Part shown: piece after piece, positions 38,987 through 53,155 of the stretch
How positions within the stretch are numbered: position 1 is the stretch's first letter
How the letters are laid out: each line of letters starts with the position of its first letter
DNA from: Eledone cirrhosa
Taxonomy: Eukaryota
Length of the DNA stretch: 64,000 nt
Assembly: GCA_964016885.1 (NCBI GenBank)
Contig: OZ024745.1
Coordinates: forward strand, 40,362,001-40,426,000
Direction: 5' to 3'
Position numbers and translations under genes: made by a program
The notes under the pieces: generated by a model
Seen by the model: only the letters and a program-made list of their open reading frames with translations
What the model was told of the DNA's origin: nothing
The model's database searches: none

Positions 38987-41900
38987 TTAATTGTAAGTTG
39001 TGATGTTGCTGTTCCACTCATATTTTCTATTTAATTTTGGTTGTAATTCTTTTATGTTTATTGCCTCTGTGATTTGTCTAAACATTGCGTCTTTTCTGTG
39101 TGTAGATTCTATTTTTATTTCTATGTTCACTAATTTACCCTTATGTTCTATTTTAGCATGTTGGTAGAGTACAGATGATTCTTTACTATCTTGAAGGTCT
39201 CGCCAGTGTTCATTTATCCGTTCCCCTACACTACGAGCTGTCTCACCTATGTACACTATATTTTTGTCTCTACATTGTCCTTCAGTACATCTTATGCTAT
39301 ACACTACATTTCTAGTTTTACAGTTAATATGGGGGTTTATTTTACAGGTTATACATTTCTTGTCTATACAGGGGGTCTTTGAAAAGGGTATGTCTTGCTA
39401 ATAAGTGTTTTTACGGAGGTAACTGGTCTTTCTACTATCTTAATGTTGAGTTTATGTTTATCTAGGGCCCTTCTAAATTTGTAAGCTAATTCACCTCTAG
39501 GGATTGTATCGATGAACATTACACTCTGCTATTTATTGCTATCATACCATGAGTTTATTCTATTAGCCTTATTCCTAGTTCTTTCTATTCTATTCCAAAA
39601 TTTGCTCCTGTACAAGGGGCAGGTCCCATTTGTGTCATTATTTACCATTTTTTCCCATTTGGTCCTGGCTCCTCTATACACTCTGATTTTATCTCTCTGA
39701 TTTTAACCAGAGAACTGCATACGGTGGATGAAGTGTTGTATGTGTCTCTCTAGTTCTTCGGGGTTGCACATGCGGGACACGTTTCTCATCACCCGTACCA
39801 AATCCGCAATCAGTATGTTGATTTTGGTATGGTCTGAAACAGCTGAGTTTCGGTGGATCAGATGTTTGGAAGTCATGGGTTTGGCATAATGGGAATGAAG
39901 GATTTGTTTTTTGTTATTAATGGTATCCAACCAGAGCTATGTGTCTAGTACAGTAATCGATGGTTGGGGTCTTTACTTGGGTAGTCTATAGTAACTCTAA
40001 TACTCTGGTGGATGGAGTTAGCTATTTGCTGGATGCTTTCCATTGTGTTTTTCTCTAGTTCCTGACTGTTCTCTAGTGGGGGTGTCTTAACTACGATGTT
40101 TATATCATCAACGTAGCGGGAATACATTATCAGGGTTAAGGGGTCTTCTAATTGTTCTTTAAGTTTAAGTTTAAGTCTACTGTCCCACCATACCATGAAT
40201 AAGTTAGCTATGTCGCCTGGAATGCTAACCCCAATGGCTGCTCCTTCCTCTTGGGCATATGTTTTTCCATTAAATTTGAACATATGTTCCTTAAGGGTTA
40301 CTTTTATGCTGGCCCCTACCGCATGTGCAATCATTTTCTTCAGTTCAGCGTGGTTTTCGGGTGTCCTATGGCTCTAGTCCACCCGTTCCATCTATCTGTG
40401 TGGGTTTTCTTGGTCATTGAGGTAATGGTAGGTGGTCTGCCTCTTCCTGGTCTTGTAGGGCACAGGTTGCTAAGGTCATATGTGTCTAGGTAATTATTAC
40501 TATAGGTAAGTTTAAGTAGGAGTCCCAGCTCACTGGTATCAATTCCAAGGAACTCAACATTACTCTCACTGATCATTTCTACGCATTTCTCCACAGCAAA
40601 ATCCACGTCAATAGATGGATACAGGGACACAACATCCATACCACCTATTATGCAGTTTGTTAGGTCCCTAGATCGGTTACTCTCGCCGATTCTGCTGAGG
40701 AGGTCCTCCGTGCTGTCACATACATCTGGGGACATTTCAATGTTGGGGCGTATGATCAGGGAGAGGAAGTAGGACAGTCTGTAATTACTAGCAATGTTAG
40801 CTCCACAGACTGGCCGTGTTGGTGGTCCCGTGACAGGGTCACTGCCAGTTTTATGTTCTTTTCGAAGCCCATACAACGCCGGCACGTCACTGTTCCAGGC
40901 CTGGAAGTTGTTGGCAGTCCTTTTGTTGGGCTGCATTATATTCGTCCACATCACCATATGGGCATTGAGGGCTTTTTCTCTATCCTCATGCTCCTGTGGT
41001 GTTACCTCTCTTGTGTTAGTGATGTGGGGTTGCATTTCCTGGATGTAGTTTGGCAGGCTGTCAACCGACATTCTGCCAGACTTGTCTGTTGGAAAGCATG
41101 CTATCTCTCCATTACGCGAGCGCTGCATGAGCTTACGCAAGCCATTTGCAGATTTATCTCCCAGTTGCTGGGCCTCCATTCTATTATGCTTCTTGCTATA
41201 CTGTTCTATAATATTTCTAAGTTCGGATCTAGCTATACTAAATTGTGCTTCTGTTTGTTCATCGACCTGCGACGGCAATTGCGTGCGTTTGTTAAATGGT
41301 AAAGTCGTGGCGTGGACTCGTCGCAGGTCGAACGACTTATCGGAGGTATTATAAAAAGTAGAGGTCCAGGCTGCTGCTTTATGTGTACTAGTGCTATTGT
41401 TATTGTTAGTTGTGTTGTTTCTATTTCTATTTCCACCAACAGCCTCATGGTTGTTACTATGTCTCTCATTATTACTCCTGTCTCTTTCCACTGGCTCATT
41501 GTTATTATCTACTCTATTTTGTGTGCCTGTGTGTTCGTCTTGGTTATTTTCTTTGTCCATAGTCTCCCTTCTCCTCTTAATCCTATTACTTTCCCTTATT
41601 TCTGTGATTTCTGTGCTACTGTCATTACTTGTTTTCTGTGTCTGTGTGTTTGTTAAGATTGTGGTGGTGGTGAGAGGCATTGAATGTGTGTGTATTGTTG
41701 TTGTTGATGTGTGCTGTTGTTGATGTGTGTTGTTGTTGTTGTCTCCGTGTGTGTTATTATTGTTGTGTGTGTTGTTATTGTTGTTTGTGTCTGCGTGTCT
41801 GTTGTTGTTGTTTCTGAGTATGTTATTATCGTTGGTGTGTGTGTTGTTGTTATTGTTGTCTGTGTCTGTGTGTCTGTTGTTGTTGGGATGTGTGTTGTAT

Positions 41901-42683
41901 ATGTGTGTGCGTATGTTGTAACTTTTGTTTTTGTTTTTGTTTTTGAGGCTCCAACGTAATTTTGTAAATGATTTTTCTATTTCTGACAAACAACTAATCA
42001 TATTTACCTTCTTGAATGTCGCAATTTTCGGTGGTAGAAGTAATACAGATATTTCATCCGGATCTATTGCCGTTTTGCCGTATATATTTGTGTTTTTGTT
42101 GTTGTTGTTGAACTCATCTGTTAATGAGGAGTCGGCCATATTTATACCGGCAATTTTGTCGGGATATATATCCGTATTCTCTACAGTATCCTGATTTAGT
42201 TTTATCTGCTTAAGCCACTTTAGTTTCTTGTTAAAGTGCTTATCTCATTCTTGAGCAATGCACTGTTCTTCAGGACGTATAAGGCTTATAAATATTAGTT
42301 TCTCTCTTGGTGTGGTGATCCTAGTTATTTCTTGTATTAGGTTACGCTTATGTTTTTCTTGATGACTTAATTCTCTATAGATCTTCTTTTTTTATGTTTA
42401 TAATTAGTGTTCGTTTAAGCCTATCTGCTTGCTTTTTGGTGAGTTGTAATCTTCTTACGTCGGTGTTGATAGTGTTGGTGTAAACTCGGGACGAGTCACA
42501 TTCTTTTATGAAGTGTAGTTGTAGAGATGTTATGGTTTTTCGTAGACAACAGAACATGGTGGTTTTCAGTATCTTGTTAGCCTGGCTAAGGCTTACGATA
42601 TTTCGTTTCTGAATTTGTTTAGCAAGATTCTTTATCTGAAATCGTGTGTTGAAACCGATATTGTTATACTTTGGGAGGGTCAT
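38987..42683 (-). pseudogene. PLE RT + GIY-YIG ORF with stops and frameshifts
   Basis: ORF pieces 42375-42707, 40340-42139, 39945-40334, 39703-39930, 38987-39304. Confidence 0.92.
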
Positions 42684-42754
42684 ATTGCCAATAAGAAACA
42701 CACGCACCAGTTGCTTTCACTTCAATTTATTATAATAAATTTATGAATTTAGGA

Positions 42755-42820
<66 letters not shown>

Positions 42821-42854
42821 AGGGAGTAAGGTTCTATACAAATGAGAGGTTATA

Positions 42855-43196
42855 GAGAATAAGTGGAATTGGAAATAACACGAGAATTATATTTAAAAGA
42901 TCTGTTTTCCGTTAATTTTTTCTTTCATTTCTCAAAGTGACATTATTGAAAAAATGAGAGGTACATTTTTTTTTTAAATAAAGGAATTGTTTAATGTATA
43001 TAAAATATATACAATATAACCAGTTTTGATCTATCAGTGTAAAACATCTAATCAAATGTTGAATATTACAATTAAAAATAATTTTAAAATTGTTCATCTC
43101 ATTTTTTCAATAATGTCACTTTGACGAATCACAGAAACAAAAAACAAAAACAGATCCTTTAAATAGACTTCTTGTGTTATTTCCAGCTCCACTCAT

Positions 43197-43200
<4 letters not shown>
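42855..43200. repeat. Imperfect inverted repeat (about 42855-42959 / 43097-43200) between microsatellites
   Basis: TCAAAGTGACATTATTGAAAAAATGAGA / TCTCATTTTTTCAATAATGTCACTTTGA, plus outer arm matches. Confidence 0.85.
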
Positions 43201-43276
<76 letters not shown>

Positions 43277-43393
43277 CGTGTGTGTGCGTGTGTGTGTGTG
43301 TGTAGATAGATATTATATTATATAGATATATATACATGTCTATATATATAATATACATATATATATGTATATATATATATATATATATTATAC

Positions 43394-43502
<109 letters not shown>

Positions 43503-43731
43503 CGTATGTGTGTGTATTGGCGTGTCTTTTTACTGATACTCAACCTCCTCAAGGCCGGCTAATTAGAGAGTCAAGTTCTTTTTGCGAGTGGCTATTCATA
43601 AGAAAAAGTGCTTGGTGAAGGTGGTAGGTTTGTTCGAATAGAAAATTATTGAATATGTATAGAATATATTATATGATTATGGTGTAGAAGGCAATATAAT
43701 GGGTTAATTGACTGTTTTAATATTATTATAA

Positions 43732-43915
43732 AATAATTTTTTCTACTTTTGGCACAAGGTCAGCAATTACCCAGTGCACTACTAGTACTTTATTTTATCG
43801 ACTCCGAAAGGCAAAGTTAGCCTCGGCGGGATTTGAACTCAGAATGAAAAGGGCCGTAACTCTATGCGTCAAAGCATGGCGTCCTACCATCTACCGATAC
43901 TGCCAATCCACCGCG
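43732..43915 (-). mobile_element. tRNA-type SINE (main family)
   Basis: Family core and head. Confidence 0.9.
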
Positions 43916-44202
43916 CTTATATTATAAAATAATATAAGCAGAAACGTTGATAGAAAACGGAAGGATTGTGTATCTAGAATCAGTACTACAATCATGGTAG
44001 TAACTTAAGACAAGTATTGGGACATTTTTTCCGGGTTTTATGTTTTGCAGTTTGACTACTCAGAAAAGCAGATCGATAAGGGAGTTGTGTCTATTACATA
44101 TATGGGTAACCCACAGATAATCCTCTACGAAACTCGCGTAATAGGTCAATATACAATAACATACTAACTACAGGGAAATGAAGCTTTACCTTTTTTTTAA
44201 TG

Positions 44203-44602
<400 letters not shown>

Positions 44603-45260
44603 TGCTGACTGACATTCCGACATATAGCCTTACATTCAGAAACACAAGTGTGAGCAAAGGAAATAATATATTCCCCAATACTCAATGCAGAATTGCAGAA
44701 TTGCAGAATTTATTGAACGTTGAAACTTACGAAATAAATATTCGCAGTTCTATGGTATCAATTTTTTGCGAATATAAAAGTTGTAGCATGAAAGATGATA
44801 TTTAATAAGGATATTGTAAAACTTTTGAATATTAATCCAAACACTCTTATGTTGAGAAGGCATACCAAGGGATATCATTGTTTAACGATGCAACAATCGC
44901 ATGGAAATTGACGTGGTAAAAGTAAAGATAATTTTAACAAAGCAATGGAATATGCTTTAAAATAATATATATTAATGTGAAAACTACATAAAAGTTTGGA
45001 AAACGTACATATGTTCATCATGATTTTGAGTTTAAAATAATAAGTCAAGTTAAAAACTCATAGGAATTAAGTGTTTTAAATTTGAATATAATATGTAAGA
45101 AAAATATTTTATCCTGGTATTTCTGACGTTAGCAGATATGTAATACAAAATATCGACGAAAATATGCTAAAAGATAAAGTCCCAGTATTTATTTAATCCG
45201 TTCTTTTCATATCAATAACGTATCGCGGAACCAATTGTTTCAATACTGGTTAAAAGGACA

Positions 45261-45572
45261 CCTTACACGAACATTAGGAATGGTATATCTTATGATGGAC
45301 ATTTGATTTCAAAGACCTTATTTCCTATTTTTCCATAGAAACAGGAGTAGTTGCGAAAGTAATGTGGTGGTTCGTCATCAGCTGTCTTCAATTTTGGCCG
45401 AAGTGATCCCTGGAAAACCTTACATGAACATTAGGAATGGTATGTCATATGATGGACATTAGATTTCAAAGACCTTATTTCCTATTTTTCCATAGAAACA
45501 GTAGTTGCGAAAGTAATGTGGTGGTTCGTCATTCAGATGTCTTCAATTTTGGCCGAGGTGATCTCTGGAAAA
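45261..45572. repeat. Tandem duplication of an about 156-bp unit
   Basis: CCTTACA.GAACATTAGGAATGG...CTGGAAAA occurs twice (45261, 45418). Confidence 0.93.
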
Positions 45573-45805
45573 CCGCCATTGTCACATTGGACTTTTAAAC
45601 TTATGTTTGAATGCCGCTTTCTATAATGGAGTAAAGCATATATAAAAATATATAATATTAAGATATATTAGTGGAACCGGGAAATATGTTAATAAGGCAT
45701 AGCTTACCTACGTCTTAATTCTAGTAAAAAGCATGTTATATGTATAATTTAACCCATAATGCGCATATAATATTTTAAAGAAGATTCTGGCAAAGTTTAT
45801 GTTAA

Positions 45806-45993
45806 ATAATTGTATCTACTTTAGGCACAAGGCCAGCAATTACCCAGTACATTACTGGTACTCTATTTTATCGACCCCGTAAGGATGAAAGGCAAAGTTA
45901 ACCTTGGCGGGATTTGAACTCAGACCGTAAAGGGACGTAACTATGCTAGAAAGCATGGCGTCCAACCCTCTACCGATACTGCCAATTCACCAC
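45806..45993 (-). mobile_element. tRNA-type SINE (main family)
   Basis: Near-consensus copy. Confidence 0.92.
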
Positions 45994-48900
45994 CTTTATT
46001 TATGTTAAATAATATTTGCATATTTTGCAACTTAGTTACTGAACTAACTGCAAGTATTTGAGTTACCAATGATGGTTAATGCATCTCCTGTGCATAGATG
46101 ATTTGAAAGGCATCAAGTCTTACTGGGATTTGGAAGAGATGTAGTAAACACTATCTGTGGCTGGTTTAGCACCAGCACCGTAAGATCTTTTACTTTTAGT
46201 AGAATCCGCGCTGTTGCTTACTTTCAAACCGTAAATATTTACAACCTTGAAATTAAAGTACTGCACTGCTTTTTCCGGTCAGACTTCACAACGAAAGGTG
46301 CAGGTTCGCCTGTGAATTTTCAGATATCTATTGAAAAGATATTGGAGGCTTTATACTGTTAAAGTTCTTCAACTCTAGTGTAAAACTGAATTGTAAAAAC
46401 AAGGTTGAGAATGTCATTTCAAAGCGAAATTAACATACATCACAACTAACAATCATCACAGCATGTTTATCCACAGTCATGAAAATAATTAAACACCCTG
46501 CTGTGTTCGAAATTAATATTATTGTATTATATGTACTGTTTGTGTGCAGAGGCTTTATGTTAATTTTGTAATCATTTCTCATTAACTCGATCTATGTTGC
46601 ATTATAATTAAATCGGCAAAACTGTTTCAATAACACTAGTTTTAAAATATATAAAATCATCACGAATACAATGACAAATAAGATGATGATTATAAATCTT
46701 TCTTTAATATAATATCTAATAACTGCGTGAAATTTGGAAATTCTGTATTGATCCTTTGTGAATTTAGCAATAGCTTACGTGTAGCTACAAAAAAAAAATT
46801 ACAATAGAGTTAGTGAAAGAAAAAGATTGTACAATTTATATACCTCATTTGAGGTATTCATTTTGTTTTATTTGAAATAAGTTATATTTCAAAAAAGAAA
46901 TGTTTGTATGCAATATTATTTTATCAGATAAACGCTAAAGCCCTGATTTATGTTCGAGATATCGAATGTGATTAAATCATAATTTTCTATGCTGACATAT
47001 CAAGCATGTAGACCCAGCCAATAATACGAAAAAGGTAGAATATGTTATAAATATTTTCATTTTATTTTTCACGGAAAAAAATGTTAATAGAAGTATTATT
47101 TGCACCAACAGTTAGGAATCTCATGAATCAATGTTAATTTTTTGGAAGACTGACTTTGTTAAGTTCCTGATTCCATATCAGGTTAAGTTCTCTCATTTTT
47201 CTTAAAGCCTATTTTTCTTAAAGCTCATTTAAATGCAATTTAAAGTGATAACAAGTTTATGGATATTTCATATAAAAATAACATGATAAGGGAATGCATA
47301 TAGCAAAATGTCAATTGTTCACTTTTGATTACGCGATGATTGTCTGATTCTTTAACAAGAGATCCTTCAAAAATCATCTGTCGCAATCGGTGCAACATAG
47401 CAATGTTTGATTCATACTGCACGTATATCAAGTTAAGCTCAATTTATTGTATGCAGCAATTTCCATTGAGATTCGTGAAAAGAAATGTTCTATTTACTTA
47501 AATTGATAGATGTTTCTCTTTAAATTCTATATTTTTTACGGACATTATGCCTATTCTTCCACTTGAAATTGATAAGTTTTCAGCACAAAATTAAAAGATC
47601 TCCTCAAAAAGTTGTAAAGCAAAAATAACTCGATAATCCAATCAAACAAAGGAGAATATGTTTCCATTTTCCTTTGAATTTTTGATACCGTCAACCGCGT
47701 TATAACTCTCCTGGAGTTTGTGGCGAAAAGAATTGAACTCAGAATTGATCTCAGAATTGAGCGCAAAATATCACAGCCAAATAGTTATCAATTCCGCCAG
47801 TCTATCACATCACGGATGCGAAATGATGTATCGACAACGACAGAAGGTTTGTCTAAGTTAGCCTTAGCGGGATTTGTTCACAGAGCGGAGAGATTCAGCA
47901 AACATTTCTAAGAATTTATGCCGATGCACTTACAATTATGCCAATACAAATATTTACGCACCTCAAGAAAGGTCTTGATCTCAGTCAACTACTGAAATAG
48001 ATAACATTTCAATATCCTATTTTACCATATATTTTCATTTGTACGGTTTATCCAAAAAATAAACAAAACAGATTATTCAATATACGTGCTCAAACTTCGA
48101 ATTTATATCTCCATTTATTTATCCTTCTTTGTATTTGAAACATGTTAGTAAGATAATGTGTATAGGATTAATAGTCTAATCGATTTCAGTAAATAATATC
48201 ACAAGGATTTTTCAAGGTCCGGGAGTTGAAATAGAAAAGTTATATGCCACCTGGTGCGGTACATGCTAACAGTTTCTGTCTTACCACTTGTAGGAATGAT
48301 GATTTAAACGCACAGCACATCATAACTAGGATGAATTAAAATTCGGGTCGTCTCGGGTCTTAAGGTGACATCCGTTCCAGACAAGATGTAGGCTAGGTAA
48401 TAGGAAATAAGTTTGTCCGTCCTTTTCTAACCAACTTATGAAAGAGTGAGGAGACAATTGTCGAATAAAGGAGTATATTTCTAAATACGTGCAGGATATA
48501 GGGGTTTGATCTTAATATATCATACTCAGATTTGTTGATAATATATATATATAGTAGATTAGGTGGAAAATTTGAACATATATTTTGAATTGCCATGGAA
48601 TTCATTAAGAATAATCAAATATGAATGTTGAAATCAAAGAATTCGCAATAACACTGCAAAGGCCCTTTTTCATTGCATCAAATCCGTTGCACTATTGTTA
48701 ATATCATGGGTATTCAAACTCCAATCATCATTCCCTATGTATATGAGTCGAAGTACATCATTCATGTATTGTGTAGGAAGCATTTTTAATAAATTAGCCG
48801 GTCGAACTTCTATCTTTGGAATTTTAATGCTTCCCACCAGAGTAATACAACACGAAAATTTTCTTCTGTGCTAATATATATAAAGGGTAAGTAGCGTACA

Positions 48901-48998
48901 GATTTAGGATAATCCAGTCATCTACAACCTTGTAAGTATTTACTAAAATGAGATTCAATATCTACATATATACACACACAATCACATATACCCAACCT

Positions 48999-49087
<89 letters not shown>

Positions 49088-49181
49088 TGTGTGTGTGTGT
49101 GTGTGTGTTTATATATATATATATATGTGTAAGTATGTATATGTATATATGAATATATGTATGTAAATATATATATATATA

Positions 49182-49805
49182 CTAGCAGTGGTCCCGGCGT
49201 TGCACGGGATAATGTATTTTGGACCGTAGGCCGCCAACAGACCTAATCGTGGAAAAACTGCATGCCTGGACAATATGTAAAGAAAATAAACTGAATACTC
49301 TGATGGCTAGAAAATATTTAAGATTTTCATCGATGAAGCAGGAAAAATGCAGGTTTTCACCTAATGCGGGCTCTAGGGGATCAAGAAAATAATTTTTTTT
49401 TATCTGCATAATATGCCTTTAAATTTCGGGAAAATCGGCTAGACGTAACGCCTTCAAAAAGCCCTAAAAAGCTGAAAAAATAAAGTGTTTCACCTAATGC
49501 AGGCCCCAGGCCATAAAAAAGTTGTATTTTCTTTGCTCGCCTTATGAAGAAGAGACTGACTAATATATAGTTTCAAGGAAATCGGTCTGACGTAACGCTT
49601 CAAAAAACCCTAAAAAGCTTAAAAACGCAGTTTTTGACCTAATGCGGGACCTGGGGGATCAAGAAGTGTGCATAACACTCCCTGAGACATAAGTAATACA
49701 CATGTAAAGGTTGAAAATATCAGGTTGGGTACTTCCCGAGTCTTATGGATTCAAACTCACAGACACACACACACGCACACACACACACATACGCACACGC
49801 ACACA

Positions 49806-49879
<74 letters not shown>

Positions 49880-51234
49880 TCCTCAGGGAAGTGACGTAAT
49901 ACAGACAGCCAGACATACATATATTATAAGGGCGCGACGTTATATGTATGTATCTATCTAAAAAGAGAAAGACTAAGAATTATAGAGAGAGATCGCTAAA
50001 TGTCCTAATGCGGTCCCTAGCGCAAAGAAAATTTGAATTTTCTTCTGCTCTTCTGAGCAAAAGTAGATTTGAAAACAGTCGATTGAGTGATTGTCTAGTT
50101 TTAGGGATTCAAACTCACACACACACAGACAGACATCCTCAGTTTTATATATATAGACTAGCAGAATGGCCCGGTGTTGCTCGAGATTCTAAACATAGAT
50201 TGGCATGTTTATCCCTCCTTTCTGAAACAGTACGGAATACCTCGGCCTGGGTATGGCGAACATATATTTGTTGTGTTATGGTACAATGAAAGCAATAGTT
50301 ACAGAGCAGTAAGCATGTGGGACTGCAGTGGTAGAGAGTGGTGTTGTCTTACTCCTTTCAATGTTTCGTCGTATGTTCACCAATTAATGCAGAAGTCCTA
50401 ATAGAAAGTGAAGTCGCCTTGGGTGAATAGGCAAATCATTTTCCATTTCGATTTTTCAAAAGCATGTAATTGCGTTCCCCCTCTTTTTTGTTGTTGTTTG
50501 TGCTGCTGTTGGCGTGATAGCAGCCGTTGGCCGTACTACTAACAGAGTCTCGTCCTTCTTTAGCCAATCGAGTATATCCACTTCTGCCTCCAAAAAATCT
50601 GTTTTTCGCCTAATGCGGTCCCTGGGGCAAAAAATAAGAAAATTTATTTTGCTCAAAATAGTTTAAACGACATAAGTAATGCAAACTTTGAAGAAATCGC
50701 CTGGATTATTGTTCCGTTATGACTCAAAAAAGCCTTTAAAGCCTAAAATATGCGGTTTTTCGCATTGAAAATTTGAAATATTTTTTACTCAAAACATTCA
50801 CACGACCATAAGTATTACATGCGTAAAGTTGTAAAGTTTGAAAAAAATCGGTTGGGTGGCTCTCGAGTTTTAGGGAAACGGACAGACAGACAAGCATTCT
50901 CTGCTTTATATATATATAGACTAGCAGAAAGCCACCCGTGGGGCGGTTTTCTGCTAGGCTATATATCTAAAACAGAGAATATCTGCCTGTCTGTCAGCTC
51001 ACTAAAACTTGAGAACCATCCAACCGATTGTTTTCAAACTTTAGACATGTAATACCTATGGTCCGGTGAGTGTTCTGCGCAAAGATTATTTCAAATTTTC
51101 AATGCCCTAGGGACCGCATTAAGCGATTTAGCGTTCTCTCTATATAATTCTTAGTCTTTCTTTTTAGATAGATACATAGATATAATGTTGCGCCCTTATA
51201 TCTGTCTGTATGTCTGGCTGTCTGCATTACGTCA
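49182..51234 (-). mobile_element. Non-autonomous Helitron-like units in head-to-tail tandem plus an inverted arm
   Basis: Minus-strand 3' ends are a GC hairpin (CCCG..CGGG) plus CTAG, at 49182, 50158 and 50921. CTAG|TC junctions; internal CCTAATGCGG subrepeats and (CA)n. Confidence 0.8.
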
Positions 51235-52046
51235 TTATGGCTCATTACATCATGAATACTGGAGTCGATTTGGAGAAGCTCAATGGTAGAATGTGAAGAC
51301 AAGTAAAAAATAAATCTAAAACAAACGAAACCATTACCAGGCAATAGTTCCATGTCCTCTTCTGAACTTTGTGAGGGCCTAAATATAAATTAACGGCACA
51401 TTATAAATCTGTTGAACTGCAAATTACATCAGATACATTAATAAATAATTATTGCCAAGACATTTTCCTAAATATGTAGTTCTACAGTACAGAAATGTGA
51501 CTGTAGTTGAAACTATTGTTCTAGCATGGTAAATGCACTAGGTTGAAAAATTGGTTTCCATATAGTAGTTGTAATGATGTGTTCATTCGAAGTCTCATTA
51601 AAGCAATTATAGCCGGAATAAGATAGCTTCGGAAATAATAGGTTCAGGCCGCGTACGATGGTGAATAGCTATAAGGATATTTCCTCTAGGCATCAGGAGA
51701 ATTACTTTTATTTGGTAATCAAAGTAGTAAGATCGTAGTGTCAAAACATTGGAAAGAGCAAGAAGAAAACGAGATCAAAATTATTTAAACTGGATCAGTT
51801 AATAGTATGTTTGCCGATGCTTTTGTTCTGTGGTTCGTTGAACTGTTTACGATTACGTCTAATCTCCTCCACTTTATGTGGTATATATATTTATAGCTGA
51901 CATTGCATCAGTTAATCGGATAGTGTTTGAAATGATTCAATCATTGATTGTTAGTATCAACGAAAGTTAATGATTTATTTCAATAAAATATTTAACATCT
52001 TATTTTTCAAATGCTGTCAAGTTTCTAAGTTGCTAAATGGTAAATA

Positions 52047-52231
52047 TAATAATTGTTTCTACATTTGGCACAAAGTCAGCAATTATTCCTGTGTATTACT
52101 GGTACTTTATTTTATCGACCCCGTATGGATGAAAGGCAAAGTTAACCTCGGCAGGATTGGAACTCAGACCACAAAGGGTCGTAACTTTTTGCTGCAAAGC
52201 ATGGCGTCGAACCATCTGCCGATACTGCCAA
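52047..52231 (-). mobile_element. tRNA-type SINE (main family)
   Basis: Family core. Confidence 0.9.
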
Positions 52232-53070
52232 ATGTAATGGGTTTATAGGCATTAAATATATCATGTTGAATTCTCTTGAAAATTAGTGAAGAACCATATT
52301 GCATCAGAATTTGCGCTTTATATAATAATCATCTAGCTATATGTTACCTTTTCTTCAAACATTGGCATACTCAGCAGCAACACAATGATTGGTTTGTCTT
52401 CATGTAGTCTCTTAGCCTGAGCCAAGGTTATTTCAAAATAGCTATTGTAGGCACTTTACCGTGGCAGGTGCAGTAATGTGACTGGTTTGTCACAGGAGAT
52501 TATTGAGTATTCACAATGTTATCGCGTCCCCGTTCAGTCAGGGCAGCATGGCCAATAATGCAAATAGTAAATAAGGTATGGCAAATGTTTTATTGGCTAT
52601 AAATAGCTTTAAATCTATATGTACTTCGTGACGTAGAATTATTATAGAAGTCCCCCAAAGATTTCATTTAGAAAACATTATTTTTCGTCCTTCTCTTCAT
52701 ATGGATTCAATCTAACTTACCTCCAAACATGTTGGAAAGGACCTTGTTTCCCGGTAATTTAAGAGGGAAGAACGAGGCCGTTCGAACTGTTCATCCCTTG
52801 CTTAGGGTTTGAAGATGGGGATAGAGTTGGTGTTGGGTTTGGGGTTGGGGTTGAGGTTAGTGTTAGTGTTAGATTTAGGCTGTAATGAATACTCTGTAAT
52901 GAATACTCGTTGTGCGGGGAAAAGTCCATCACTGCAAGCTTAGTGTAAAAATAGCAAATACATTGCGTTTCCCCTCTCCCCACAACGGTTTCTGGGAGAA
53001 GCTCCTTGGTAGCATAATCACAGGTAAGTTTAATTAATGACACACGAAAGAAACTAAGAATAATCTTAAA

Positions 53071-53155
53071 ATAATTCTTTCTACTTTTGGCACAAGGCCA
53101 TCACTTACTGGTACTTTATTTTATCGACCCCGTAAGGATGAAAGGTAAAGTTAAC
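53071..53155 (-). mobile_element. SINE 3' fragment
   Basis: Family core, truncated. Confidence 0.85.

Larger units (their letters stand above)
38725..42750 (-). mobile_element. Near full-length Neptune-like Penelope element, disrupted ORF
   Basis: ORF starts MTLPKYNN (ATG at 42683); PTDKSGR, ALYGLRKEHK..PTRPV, MDVVSLYPSI, QEEGAAIG, YSRYVDD; GIY-YIG YIGETARSVGER..LNRKYEW; (TA)n on both sides. Confidence 0.95.

Noticed and set aside
44640-47900. Possible decayed DNA-transposon coding remnants
   Set aside because: No identifiable catalytic motifs or termini.
49350-50640. Spaced CCTAATGCGG repeats resembling a CRISPR array
   Set aside because: Irregular spacing, homologous spacers, eukaryotic context and no cas genes; these are Helitron internal subrepeats.
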